Shown here: positions 1 through 8,740 of the stretch, piece after piece | Numbering within the stretch: position 1 is the stretch's first letter | How the letters are laid out: the number at the start of each line of letters is the position of its first letter | Source: a bacterium | GTDB lineage: Bacteria; UBA8248 | Direction: 5' to 3' | Length of the DNA stretch: 64,000 bases | Assembly (NCBI GenBank): GCA_965203325.1 | Contig: OZ241875.1 | Location: 1,312,001 to 1,376,000, forward strand | Program-made: the position numbers and the translations under genes | Notes under the pieces: generated by a model | What the model saw: only the letters and a program-made list of their open reading frames with translations | Databases searched by the model: none | Told to the model about the DNA's origin: nothing

Positions 1-15
1 GGGGGTGCTTTTTTA

Positions 16-101
16 TACCCCCCTGACAAGGGGGGGTAGGGGGGGCAGGACAGCCCCGAGGAGGGGCTGTCCTTTATCCCCTGACAAAGGGGGTTGGGGG
101 G
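16..101. repeat. Two CCCCTGACAA(A)GGGGG..T(A/T)GGGGGG palindromic repeat units flanking a perfect 11-bp hairpin
   Basis: Units at 16-45 and 75-101; AGGACAGCCCC-GAGGA-GGGGCTGTCCT at 47-73; related inverted copy at 12628-12651. Confidence 0.7.
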
Positions 102-259
102 TCGAACGCGACCGGGGAGGGAGCGTTCGTTCCCTTGACAAAAACTTTTTCAACAACCCCGAAGGCCGGGGTCGATATTCTCATCCGGCGCGGACGGGCC
201 GGATGTCCGATAGGGGATAGCGTCAGAAGACAGAACAGCCAGCCAGGGAGGTGCGAAGA

Positions 260-1366
260 ATGAAATCAGTTCGCGTTGACAGGCGCCGGATACTCTGCGG
301 AGTCCTGCTGAGCGCCTGGGTTTTGCTCCCCGCCGCGGGCCAGGGGGCTGCTCTCGCGCCCCTGCCGGCGCCCAAGGCCCAGAAGCCCGCGCAGGCCGAA
401 CTGGGCCGGTACCTGTTCTTCGACCCCCGGATGTCGGGGGACGGAGGGGTCAGCTGCGCCACCTGCCACCAGCCCGCGAAGGGCTGGGGCGACGGGCAGG
501 CGCTCTCGGCGGGTTATCCGGGGAGCAAGTATTTCCGGAACGCCCAGACGCTCTTGAACGCCGCCTACAACAAGCGCGTCTTCTGGGACGGCCGCCTGAG
601 CGGGGCCGACCTGCCCACGCTCGTGCGGGACCACCTGACCGAAGCCCACTTCATGCTGGTCGACGGCCGCCTGTTCCCCGAGCGCCTCAAGCAGGTGCCG
701 CTTTATGTGAAGAAATTCAAGGAGGTCTACGGCGGAGAGCCCTCCTTCGGCGGCGCGCTCAAGGCCATCGCGGCGTTCCTGCACACCATCGCCTCCAAAA
801 ACGCGCCTTTCGACAACTACCTGAAGGGCGACAAAAAGGCCCTTTCCGCCGAGGCGCAAAAGGGCCTCGCCCTGTTCAGTGGAAAGGCCGGATGCGTTCA
901 GTGCCATAACGGCGCGCTATTGAGCGACGGCGGGTTCCACGCGCTCGGCGTCCCCGAGAACGAACAGATATTCAAGGACCCGCTGCGCCACATCACCTTC
1001 CGGCGGTTCAACAAGGTCATCGGCGTCCCCAACTTCATGAACCTGAGGGCCGACCCCGGCCTCTACGTCGTGACGAAACAGGAGAGCGACCGCGGCAAGT
1101 TCCGCACGCCGACCCTGCGCGAAGTCGCCCGGACGGCGCCCTACATGCACAACGGCGCACTCGCCGCGCTTGAAGACGTCGTCGCCTTCTACGACAGGGG
1201 CGGCGGGAGCGGCCCCAACAAGAGCTCGCGCTTGAAGCCGCTGGGGCTGACTGCGGATGAGAAGAAGGCCCTGGTGGCGTTCCTTAAGAGCCTCTCGGGC
1301 GAGACGGTTTCTGCTGCGGCGCCGAAAATTCCCGATTATGAACTTCGCAAACTCGGCGATAATTGA
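260..1366 (+). CDS. idrP: Di-heme cytochrome c peroxidase, MauG-like (IdrP-type)
   Basis: Sec signal; CATCH and CVQCH heme motifs; FWDGR, FRTPTLR, PYMHNG; GGGAGG RBS favours ATG at 260 over GTG at 251; adjacent to idrBA-like genes. Confidence 0.85.
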   Translation: MKSVRVDRRRILCGVLLSAWVLLPAAGQGAALAPLPAPKAQKPAQAELGRYLFFDPRMSGDGGVSCATCHQPAKGWGDGQALSAGYPGSKYFRNAQTLLNAAYNKRVFWDGRLSGADLPTLVRDHLTEAHFMLVDGRLFPERLKQVPLYVKKFKEVYGGEPSFGGALKAIAAFLHTIASKNAPFDNYLKGDKKALSAEAQKGLALFSGKAGCVQCHNGALLSDGGFHALGVPENEQIFKDPLRHITFRRFNKVIGVPNFMNLRADPGLYVVTKQESDRGKFRTPTLREVARTAPYMHNGALAALEDVVAFYDRGGGSGPNKSSRLKPLGLTADEKKALVAFLKSLSGETVSAAAPKIPDYELRKLGDN

Positions 1367-1376
1367 GGAGACGGCC

Positions 1377-2516
1377 ATGAACGCGCGAATCAAAAACTGC
1401 TTCCTGGGTTCCACGATGGCCGTATGCTTCATCGCCGCTCTTCTGGTGGGAGGAGCAAGCGCGGCCCAGGAGGGGAAATTCCCTCCGCTGGGACCCTTGC
1501 CGCCTGTTCCGGTGCCCGCGGACAACCCCATGTCCGCCGCCAAGGTGGCGCTCGGCAAGCTGCTCTTCTTCGACGCCCGCCTCTCGGGCGACGCCAGCAC
1601 GTCGTGCGCCTCCTGCCACAGCCCCGAGAGCGGCTGGGGGGACGGGGGCGATCTGAGCCGGGGCTACCCCGGCACGCAGCACTGGCGGAACTCCCAGACG
1701 ATCCTCAATTCCGCCTACTACGCCAAACTGTTCTGGGCGGGCGAGTCTACGAGCCTCGAAGCGCAGGCGAAGAGCGCCGCCACGGGCAACGTGGCGGGCA
1801 ACGGCGACACCATGATGATGGAGGAGCGCCTGCGCCAGGTCCCCGAATACGTCAGGCGCTTCCGGGCGGTGTTCGGCTCCCCCTGGCCCACCATCGACGA
1901 CGCCTGGCGGGCCATCTCCGCCTTCGAGCGCACCGTGGTGTCGAACGCGAAGGACGTGCCCTTCGACCGCTTCATGAAAGGCGAGGAGAAGGCGCTCTCG
2001 GACAGCGCTAAGCGCGGGCTGGCTCTCTTCCAGGGAAAGGCCGGGTGCGTCCAGTGCCACAACGGCGCGCTTTTATCGGATGAGGACTACCACAACGTCG
2101 GCGTTCCCAGGAACCCCGCGTTCGAGGAAGACCCCTTAAGGCAGATAACGCTTCGCTACCAGCACGTCATCCGCGGCGTTCCCGAATCCGTCTACCGCAA
2201 GGCGGACCGGGACCTGGGGCTCTTCTACACCACCAAGCGCGAGGCCGATAAGGGGAGGTTCCGCACCCCGAGCCTTAGAGAGCTCAAATACACCGCGCCC
2301 TACATGCACAACGGCGCATTTTTCGAGTTGGATGAGGTCATCGATTTTTATGACGAAGGGGGCGGCGAGGACGCGAACAAGAGTCCCCTCATCAAGAAAC
2401 TGGGACTTTCGGACGAGGAGAAAGAAGACCTGCTGGCGTTTCTGGAATCGCTCTCGAGCGATAAGCCCCTGCTCGTCCGGCCCCCCGAACTGCCGCCGTA
2501 TGCGGCCATGCCGTAA
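1377..2516 (+). CDS. idrP: Second di-heme cytochrome c peroxidase (IdrP-type paralog)
   Basis: GAGGAG RBS then ATG 1377; signal peptide; CASCH and CVQCH; FRTPSLR, PYMHNG; clearly paralogous to the upstream gene. Confidence 0.85.
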   Translation: MNARIKNCFLGSTMAVCFIAALLVGGASAAQEGKFPPLGPLPPVPVPADNPMSAAKVALGKLLFFDARLSGDASTSCASCHSPESGWGDGGDLSRGYPGTQHWRNSQTILNSAYYAKLFWAGESTSLEAQAKSAATGNVAGNGDTMMMEERLRQVPEYVRRFRAVFGSPWPTIDDAWRAISAFERTVVSNAKDVPFDRFMKGEEKALSDSAKRGLALFQGKAGCVQCHNGALLSDEDYHNVGVPRNPAFEEDPLRQITLRYQHVIRGVPESVYRKADRDLGLFYTTKREADKGRFRTPSLRELKYTAPYMHNGAFFELDEVIDFYDEGGGEDANKSPLIKKLGLSDEEKEDLLAFLESLSSDKPLLVRPPELPPYAAMP

Positions 2517-2526
2517 GGAGGAATCC

Positions 2527-3069
2527 ATGACTCAGGAAGCCAAGGAAACCCGGCCTTGCGTCTCGCGGCGCGCCTTTCTCCTGGCCGGCGGAACCGCCGT
2601 GAGCATCGTGCTGGTCCAGGGCATCCCCGGCCTGGCCGGAGCGGCCCTGCAAAGGGCGGAGTATCCCCGCCAGAAAATCGGGACGCTCAGCGCCTTGAAA
2701 GTCGATGCGCCGCAATTCTTCCAGTACCCGTGGAAGGACGTCTTCTCGGGGTGCATGCTGGTCAAACTGGGCGTTCAAGCCGGCGGCGGCGTCGGTCCCA
2801 AGCGGGACGTGGTGGCGTTCAGCACCCTCTGCACCCACATGGGCGGCCCCCTGCAGGGAACCTATAACGCGCAGCACAAGGCCATCGGCCCGTGCCCGTT
2901 CCATCTGACGACCTTCGACCTGATGAAGCACGGCATGGTCGGGGCGGGGCAGGCCACCGAAAGCCTCCCCCAGGTGGTTCTGGAGACCCGAGGAGACGAC
3001 ATCTACGCGATCGGGATGATGGGGCTGCTGTATGGTTATCACTCGAATCTGGCGCCGGTACAGCGCTGA
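2527..3069 (+). CDS. idrB: Rieske [2Fe-2S] small subunit of an arsenite oxidase/iodate reductase family enzyme
   Basis: AAGGAGG RBS; twin-arginine signal SRRAFLL; CTHMGG and CPFH boxes; AioB-like C-terminus GQATESLPQVVLE...IYAIGMMGLLYG. Confidence 0.85.
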   Translation: MTQEAKETRPCVSRRAFLLAGGTAVSIVLVQGIPGLAGAALQRAEYPRQKIGTLSALKVDAPQFFQYPWKDVFSGCMLVKLGVQAGGGVGPKRDVVAFSTLCTHMGGPLQGTYNAQHKAIGPCPFHLTTFDLMKHGMVGAGQATESLPQVVLETRGDDIYAIGMMGLLYGYHSNLAPVQR

Positions 3070-3081
3070 GGAGGACGCATC

Positions 3082-5748
3082 ATGGCAGGAAAGGTGACGA
3101 ACTACTATCTTGCGGAAGACAGTGTCCCCCTCCCCCCGCCGAACGCGGAGGTGTTCACCACGGCGTGCGACTACTGCATCGTGGGCTGCGGGTACAAGGT
3201 CTACCGCTGGCCGATCGGTCGCGAGGGCGGACCCAAGGCGAGCCAGAACGCCCTGCGCGTCGATTTCCCCACCGCCATCATGAGCGGCGGCTGGGTCAGC
3301 CCGAACATGCACAACATCATCATGGTGAACGGCAGTCCCCACCACGTCGTCGTCATGCCGGACAAGGATGCGAATGTCGTGAACGTGGGGGGGAACCACT
3401 CCATCCGGGGCGGCGTCCTGGCCAAGAAGCTCTACAACCCCAACGAACCCTCGCAGGACCGCCTGCGCCAGCCGATGATGCGGGTCCGCGGCACCTTGCA
3501 GGAGGTCTCGTGGGACACGGCGGTGGGCGTCATGGCGGGACTCTCGAAGCACGTCCTCGACAAGTACGGCGAACACGCCTGGGCCATGAAGACGTATTCC
3601 TATCAGTATTTCGAGAACACCTACGCCATCTCCAAGCTCGCTTTCCGCGCCATCGGAACGCCGGCCTACGCCCCGCACGACAAGCCGGGCCCCGGCAAGG
3701 ACACGCCCGGGATCGATTTTTCCGGCATCAACCCCTTCAGCGCCTCCTATGACGACTGGGGAGAGGCCGAGGTCATCTTCTTCTCGGGCGTCGACCCCTG
3801 GGAGACCAAGTCGGTGCTGTTCACCTCGTGGATCATGGGCGGGAAAACGCCGAGCAAGAAACTCGTCTTCGCCATGCCGCGCAAGACCTCGGGCGTGGCC
3901 TACGGCGAGAAGCGCGGCGGCCTCTTTCTCCCCGTCATTCCGGGGACGGACACGGTGCTCCACCTGGCCATCATCCGCCTGATTCTGGAGAACGGCTGGG
4001 AGGACAAGGAGTGGATCGCGCGAAAAATCTCGAACAAGTGGGAGATCGGCTCCGGCATGGGCCGCGGCACCCGCAACACGCCCTGGCAGTGGGTCACGAC
4101 CTGGGGCAAGTACGGGACGGACTTCGAGGGCTACAGGAAGTGGATCATGAGCTACCCCTACGCCGAACTGGAGAGGGCCGCGAAGATCACCGGCGTGCCC
4201 GCGGCGTCCATCCGCCAGACGGCGGAAATACTCGCCAAGCCCAAAGCGGACGGAACGCGCAAGAAGACCTCGTTCATGCTCGAGAAGGGCAATTACTGGT
4301 GCAACAGTTTCGGGAACACGGCTTCCTTCGCGGCGCTGGGGCTGGTCTGCGGCGCCGGGTCGCGGCCGGGCCGGGTGATCTCCCGAGGCGGTGGACACCA
4401 GCGGGGCTGGATGGGAGGGGCCGGTTATCCGAGGAGCCTGTCGCCGGAGAAGGCGCCGGGGCGCCGCAAGAAGGAGATCGACCTCGACCGCTGGGTCGTG
4501 GACGGCCATGTGCGCTTCGCATGGGTCATCGGGACCACCTGGTGCCAGGCCATGGCGGCGTCTCAGGAGTTGATGGACGTCTTCCAGCGATTGACGCGCC
4601 GCAACCCGCACCAGATCGAGAGCTTCGACGTCGATACGGCGGTGGATGCGCTGAAGCGGCGGACGGACGCCGGCGGCATGGTCGTCGCCCACCAGGACAT
4701 CTACCCCGTTTCCCCGATCGGAACCGAGTATGCGGACCTGGTGCTCCCGGCCGCCACCTGGGGCGAGGAGGACTTCACCCGGTGCAACGGCGAGCGCCGC
4801 CTCAGGCTCTACAGCAAGTTCGCCGACCCCCCCGGAGAGGCCCGGCCCGACTGGTGGATCATCGCGGCCTTCGCGCGGAAGATGGGCTTCAAGGGCTTCG
4901 ACTGGAAGGACAGCAACCAGATATTCGAGGAGGCGGCCCGCTTCGGCCGCAAGGGGGTGCTCAACTACCACCCGCTCGTGGTGAAGGCCAAGCGCGAGGG
5001 GAAACGAGGCCACGAGCTGCTCCGCGAATACGGGACCGGCGGCATCCAAACCCCCATCCGCATGGTCAAGGGCGAACTCGTCGGTACGAAGCGCCTCCAC
5101 GACGAGACCCTGGAACTCGGAACCCCCGAGGGACCCACAATGCACCGGAAATGGCTCACCTCCTTCGGCACCCAGAGCGGCAAGGCGGTCTTGCTGAAAA
5201 GCTACTGGGAGGATTTCAAGGATTTCTACGATCGGGTCACCCCGCAGGGAGACGAGCTGTGGGTGACGAACGGCCGGATCAACGAGCTCTGGCAATCCGG
5301 CTACGACGACAAGCGGCGGCCCTACATCATGCAGCGCTGGCCCCAGCAGTTCCTGGAAATTCACCCCAAAGACGCCGGCGCCCGGGGCATCGAATCAGGA
5401 GACCTGGTGGCCATCGAGAACGACGACCTGCTCGTGCAGACGGGCGGATACATCGGCGTCGACGGCAAGGAGCAGACGTTCACCGAGCTCATGAAGGCCG
5501 GGAATATCAAGAAGAGCAAGGGGAGCTTCACCGCTGTGGCCATGGTCACGGACGCGGTCCGGGAGGGCGTCACCTTCGCCTATTTCGGCTTTCCCGAGAA
5601 CCCGGCGAACTCGGTGGTCCACCGGGTGCCGGATCCCCTGACCAACCGCTACCGCTACAAGCTGGGCAAGGGGAAATTGAAGAAGATAGGAGAATCTCCG
5701 CACAAGCATTCGCTGACGAGCTTAAGCTTCGTCCCCCGGACGCTTTGA
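3082..5748 (+). CDS. idrA: DMSO reductase family molybdopterin subunit, AioA/IdrA clade; probable iodate reductase catalytic subunit
   Basis: DSVPLPP..TTACDYCIVGCGYKVYRWP N-terminus ([3Fe-4S] CxxCxxxC plus Ser in NHSIRGG); LVLPAATWGE, NGERR, TNGRINELWQS; two flanking peroxidases as in idr clusters. Confidence 0.8.
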   Translation: MAGKVTNYYLAEDSVPLPPPNAEVFTTACDYCIVGCGYKVYRWPIGREGGPKASQNALRVDFPTAIMSGGWVSPNMHNIIMVNGSPHHVVVMPDKDANVVNVGGNHSIRGGVLAKKLYNPNEPSQDRLRQPMMRVRGTLQEVSWDTAVGVMAGLSKHVLDKYGEHAWAMKTYSYQYFENTYAISKLAFRAIGTPAYAPHDKPGPGKDTPGIDFSGINPFSASYDDWGEAEVIFFSGVDPWETKSVLFTSWIMGGKTPSKKLVFAMPRKTSGVAYGEKRGGLFLPVIPGTDTVLHLAIIRLILENGWEDKEWIARKISNKWEIGSGMGRGTRNTPWQWVTTWGKYGTDFEGYRKWIMSYPYAELERAAKITGVPAASIRQTAEILAKPKADGTRKKTSFMLEKGNYWCNSFGNTASFAALGLVCGAGSRPGRVISRGGGHQRGWMGGAGYPRSLSPEKAPGRRKKEIDLDRWVVDGHVRFAWVIGTTWCQAMAASQELMDVFQRLTRRNPHQIESFDVDTAVDALKRRTDAGGMVVAHQDIYPVSPIGTEYADLVLPAATWGEEDFTRCNGERRLRLYSKFADPPGEARPDWWIIAAFARKMGFKGFDWKDSNQIFEEAARFGRKGVLNYHPLVVKAKREGKRGHELLREYGTGGIQTPIRMVKGELVGTKRLHDETLELGTPEGPTMHRKWLTSFGTQSGKAVLLKSYWEDFKDFYDRVTPQGDELWVTNGRINELWQSGYDDKRRPYIMQRWPQQFLEIHPKDAGARGIESGDLVAIENDDLLVQTGGYIGVDGKEQTFTELMKAGNIKKSKGSFTAVAMVTDAVREGVTFAYFGFPENPANSVVHRVPDPLTNRYRYKLGKGKLKKIGESPHKHSLTSLSFVPRTL

Positions 5749-5795
5749 TGGAGATGGAGGTTTACACAGGCCCGTAGAACCGCGAGGGAGGTTGA

Positions 5796-6182
5796 ATGCG
5801 AATGTCTCGATCGAGAGGATTCATCATCTGCGCAGGCCCTGCGCTCGCAGTGGCGTTCTTTTTCTGGTCTTCGGATGACGGGGCCGCTCAGCAGAAAGGC
5901 GACGTTGCGGCCGGCAACGTCAAATACCAGCAGCTTTGCGCCTCCTGCCACGGTGCATCGGGCAAGGGCGACGGCCCCGCAGCCAAGGCGCTCAACCCGA
6001 AGCCGAGGAATCACACCGACGCCAAATACATGAAGACCATATCGGATGAGTACATCGCCAAGATCACCAAGCTTGGCGGCGTCGCGGTAGGAAAATCGCC
6101 ACTGATGCCCCCCTGGGGCGGGGTTCTTTCGGACGCGGACCTCCAGAACCTGGTCGCGTTCATGCGCTCCCTGGCGAAATAG
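5796..6182 (+). CDS. Monoheme class I cytochrome c
   Basis: N-terminal signal/anchor; CASCH; distal Met in LMPPWG. Confidence 0.85.
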   Translation: MRMSRSRGFIICAGPALAVAFFFWSSDDGAAQQKGDVAAGNVKYQQLCASCHGASGKGDGPAAKALNPKPRNHTDAKYMKTISDEYIAKITKLGGVAVGKSPLMPPWGGVLSDADLQNLVAFMRSLAK

Positions 6183-6192
6183 GACCGCGGGC

Positions 6193-8238
6193 ATGGATTC
6201 CGGGAATCGGGACCCTCTCCCTCCCGAGCGCTCTTTTCGGGTCGAGTTGCCCGGCCACGACCACTGGCGGAAAACGATTTGCTGTCAGGACGCGTGTCCC
6301 GTCCATACGGACGCGCGGGGTTACGTGACCGCCATCTCGGAGGAAGACTTCGAGCGCGCCTACATCATCGCCCGGGGGCCCAACCCCTTCGCGTCGGTTT
6401 GCGGGCGTGTCTGCGCGGCGCCGTGCGAAGCGGCGTGCCGCCGCGGCAACATCGATGCGCCGGTGGCCATCCGGGCGCTCAAGCGATTCGTGACGGAGCG
6501 CTACGGGGTCGAGGCCGATTTGTCGTCCGGCAAGGGAGAATCCTCCTTCTCGCACCGGAGCCTCAGGAGTATGCGCGACCTCCGTTTTCAGCCCGCCACG
6601 CGCACCATCAACGATTTTTCGGTGCTGGAGGCGGCCCGCCGAAAGCCAGAACAGGAAAAGACGGCAGGAAAAAAGGTGGCCGTCGTCGGATCGGGCGTGG
6701 CGGGGCTGACCTGCGCCCACGATCTCGCCCTGCTCGGCTATGACGTGAGTGTTTTCGAGAAACAGGGAGTCCCCGGCGGCATGCTCATGCTCGGGGTTCC
6801 CGAATACCGCCTTCCGCGTGATCTTGTTCAGGCCGAAATCCAGGCCATCCTCAGCCTGGGCGTGGAGCTTCGGCTGAACCAGGCCATCGGGCGGGACTTC
6901 AACCTCTCCTCTCTTCGCGAGGAAGGCTTCGAGGCGGTGTTCGTCGCCATCGGCGCGCACGTGAGCCGCTCTCTCCCCATGGAAGGACAGGACGCGGACG
7001 GCGTTTTCCGGGCCGTCGAGTTTCTGCTGAACGTGAACCTGAACTTCCGCGTCGATCTGGGCGAGCGCGTCGTCGTGATCGGCGGGGGGAACGTGGCCAT
7101 GGACGCCGCCCGGGTCGCCGCCCGGGTCGCCGGCGGGGCGGACGCCCCCGCAAGCGCCGCCGATCAAACCGAAGACGCCGTCCTCATGCGGGAGATGATG
7201 GACGTGGCTCGGGAGGCGATGCGCGTGGGAGCGAGGAACGTCCACGTCATCTGCCTGGAATCGCGCGACGAGATGCCGGCGGCGGATTTCGAGATTGAAG
7301 AAGCGCTCGATGAGGGGATCGATCTCGAGCCCCGGGTGGGGCCCGTCCGCATCATGGAGAAAGAGGGCCGTGTGGTCGGGCTGGAAGTCCAGACGTGCAC
7401 CCGCGTTTTCGATGAGGAAGGCCGCTTCAGCCCCGAATTCGACCCGGACTGCAAGCGCGTGATTCCGTGCGATTCGGTGATCGTCGCCGTCGGCCAGGCC
7501 TCCGATCTCTCCTGGATCAGCGAGGAAGACGGCGTCGAGACGACGCCGCGCGGGACGATCCGCGTCGATTCCGAAACCCTGGCCACGACCGCTCCGGGCG
7601 TGTACGCGGGCGGGGACGTCGCCATGGGCCCCCGGATATTCATCGAGGGCGTGGAGAACGGCCACCGCGCCGCCCGCTCCATCCACACTTATCTATCCGG
7701 CGGTCAGGCAGGCGTCCAGACGCATCTTCAGTGGGCCTCCATCGAACCCTTGCAACAGGCGCTGCTTCAGGAACCGGGAGACGGGTTTTCCTTGCCCATC
7801 GTCAACCCCGGATACCAGAAAGTGTCTCGCCGAAACCCCGACGCGCTGCCCATCGAGCGCCGAATCGGCGTCACCGAGGTGGAGTTAGGTTATTCGCCCG
7901 AGGAGGCCGTCGATCAGGGGCTCCGGTGTCTGCGCTGCAGCGCAAACCCGATCTTCGACGGCGCCAAGTGCATCCTCTGCGGCGGCTGTGTGGACGTGTG
8001 CCCGTCGCGCTGCCTTCGAATGGTTCCCTTGGAAGCCCTCCAGGGTGGAGAAGACCTGGCGGCTCTGGTCCAGGCCCGCTTTGGCACGTCCGCCGGGGCC
8101 GCAGGAGAGAGGGGCGCGGCGATGATCATGGACCCGGACAAGTGCATACGCTGTTCGCTCTGCGCGCAGCGCTGTCCCACGGGCGCCGTCACCATCGAGA
8201 ATTTTTCTTTCCAGGAAGAGTGGGTGGAGATCGGATGA
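6193..8238 (+). CDS. FAD/NAD(P)-dependent Fe-S oxidoreductase (GltD/NfnB/DsrL-like) with C-terminal 2[4Fe-4S] ferredoxin domain
   Basis: CQDACP, CGRVCAAPCEAACRR; GSGVAG and GGGNVAMD Rossmann motifs; AGGD; CILCGGCVDVCP and CIRCSLCAQRCP; no signal peptide. Confidence 0.85.
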   Translation: MDSGNRDPLPPERSFRVELPGHDHWRKTICCQDACPVHTDARGYVTAISEEDFERAYIIARGPNPFASVCGRVCAAPCEAACRRGNIDAPVAIRALKRFVTERYGVEADLSSGKGESSFSHRSLRSMRDLRFQPATRTINDFSVLEAARRKPEQEKTAGKKVAVVGSGVAGLTCAHDLALLGYDVSVFEKQGVPGGMLMLGVPEYRLPRDLVQAEIQAILSLGVELRLNQAIGRDFNLSSLREEGFEAVFVAIGAHVSRSLPMEGQDADGVFRAVEFLLNVNLNFRVDLGERVVVIGGGNVAMDAARVAARVAGGADAPASAADQTEDAVLMREMMDVAREAMRVGARNVHVICLESRDEMPAADFEIEEALDEGIDLEPRVGPVRIMEKEGRVVGLEVQTCTRVFDEEGRFSPEFDPDCKRVIPCDSVIVAVGQASDLSWISEEDGVETTPRGTIRVDSETLATTAPGVYAGGDVAMGPRIFIEGVENGHRAARSIHTYLSGGQAGVQTHLQWASIEPLQQALLQEPGDGFSLPIVNPGYQKVSRRNPDALPIERRIGVTEVELGYSPEEAVDQGLRCLRCSANPIFDGAKCILCGGCVDVCPSRCLRMVPLEALQGGEDLAALVQARFGTSAGAAGERGAAMIMDPDKCIRCSLCAQRCPTGAVTIENFSFQEEWVEIG

Positions 8239-8239
8239 C

Positions 8240-8731
8240 ATGACTGCGAGCCTGGATGAACAGACCCCCCGGCGCCGGATGCTGCTGGGGCTCGGCTGGG
8301 TTTCCTTCCTGATTTCCCTGCTGGGTCCGGTTCTCGCCAACGTCCGGTTCCTGTTCCCCAACGTCGTTTATGAGGGCGAATCGGTTCTGAAGCTCGACTC
8401 CCTGGATAAGTACCCCGTGGGGTCCATCACGTTTTTCGCCGAGAAGAAAATCGTTCTGTTTCGCGAGAAGGACGGGTTCCGTGCCTGCACCGCCGTCTGT
8501 CCGCATCTCCGTTGCGTGATCAGCCCCTTCGTCGGCGCGCCCGGCGCCTCTCCCGATATATTGAGGGCCCGGTGCCCCTGCCACGGCAGCACGTTCGACG
8601 GGCGGGGACAGGTGCTCGGGGGGCCTGCGCCTCGCGGTCTCGACTTTTTCCTCGTAAAGAAATCGCCCGATGGCCGCGTCGTGGTCGATACGCGCAAAGT
8701 CGTCGCCCCCTCCGAACATTTCAAGATCTGA
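8240..8731 (+). CDS. Rieske Fe-S subunit of a Rieske/cytochrome b complex
   Basis: RRR followed by TM anchor; CPHLRC and CPCHGSTF; GGPAPRGL. Confidence 0.9.
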   Translation: MTASLDEQTPRRRMLLGLGWVSFLISLLGPVLANVRFLFPNVVYEGESVLKLDSLDKYPVGSITFFAEKKIVLFREKDGFRACTAVCPHLRCVISPFVGAPGASPDILRARCPCHGSTFDGRGQVLGGPAPRGLDFFLVKKSPDGRVVVDTRKVVAPSEHFKI

Positions 8732-8740
8732 GCCACCACG

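Noticed and set aside
16..101. CRISPR array
   Set aside because: Only two imperfect low-complexity units, no regular spacers and no cas genes.
260..2516. Methylamine utilisation (mauG) or methanobactin (mbnH) locus
   Set aside because: No mauAB, TTQ enzyme or mbn genes nearby; the context is idr-like.
2392..5364. Long antisense and alternate-frame ORFs (e.g. 2392-5364, 3828-5777, 20779-22980, 9134-10957)
   Set aside because: Shadow ORFs of real genes in high-GC DNA; they carry no recognisable motifs.
2527..5748. Canonical arsenite oxidase aioBA
   Set aside because: CDYC rather than CHFC N-terminal motif, altered funnel residues, two adjacent peroxidases, and no aioXSR or ars genes in the window; IdrA-type is the better fit, pending phylogeny.
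5748..5777. Nine-codon ORF MEMEVYTGP overlapping the idrA stop codon
   Set aside because: Too short, with no independent support.
6193..8238. Glutamate synthase small subunit or DsrL
   Set aside because: No gltB or dsr genes; it has an extra ferredoxin domain and sits in a Rieske/b context.
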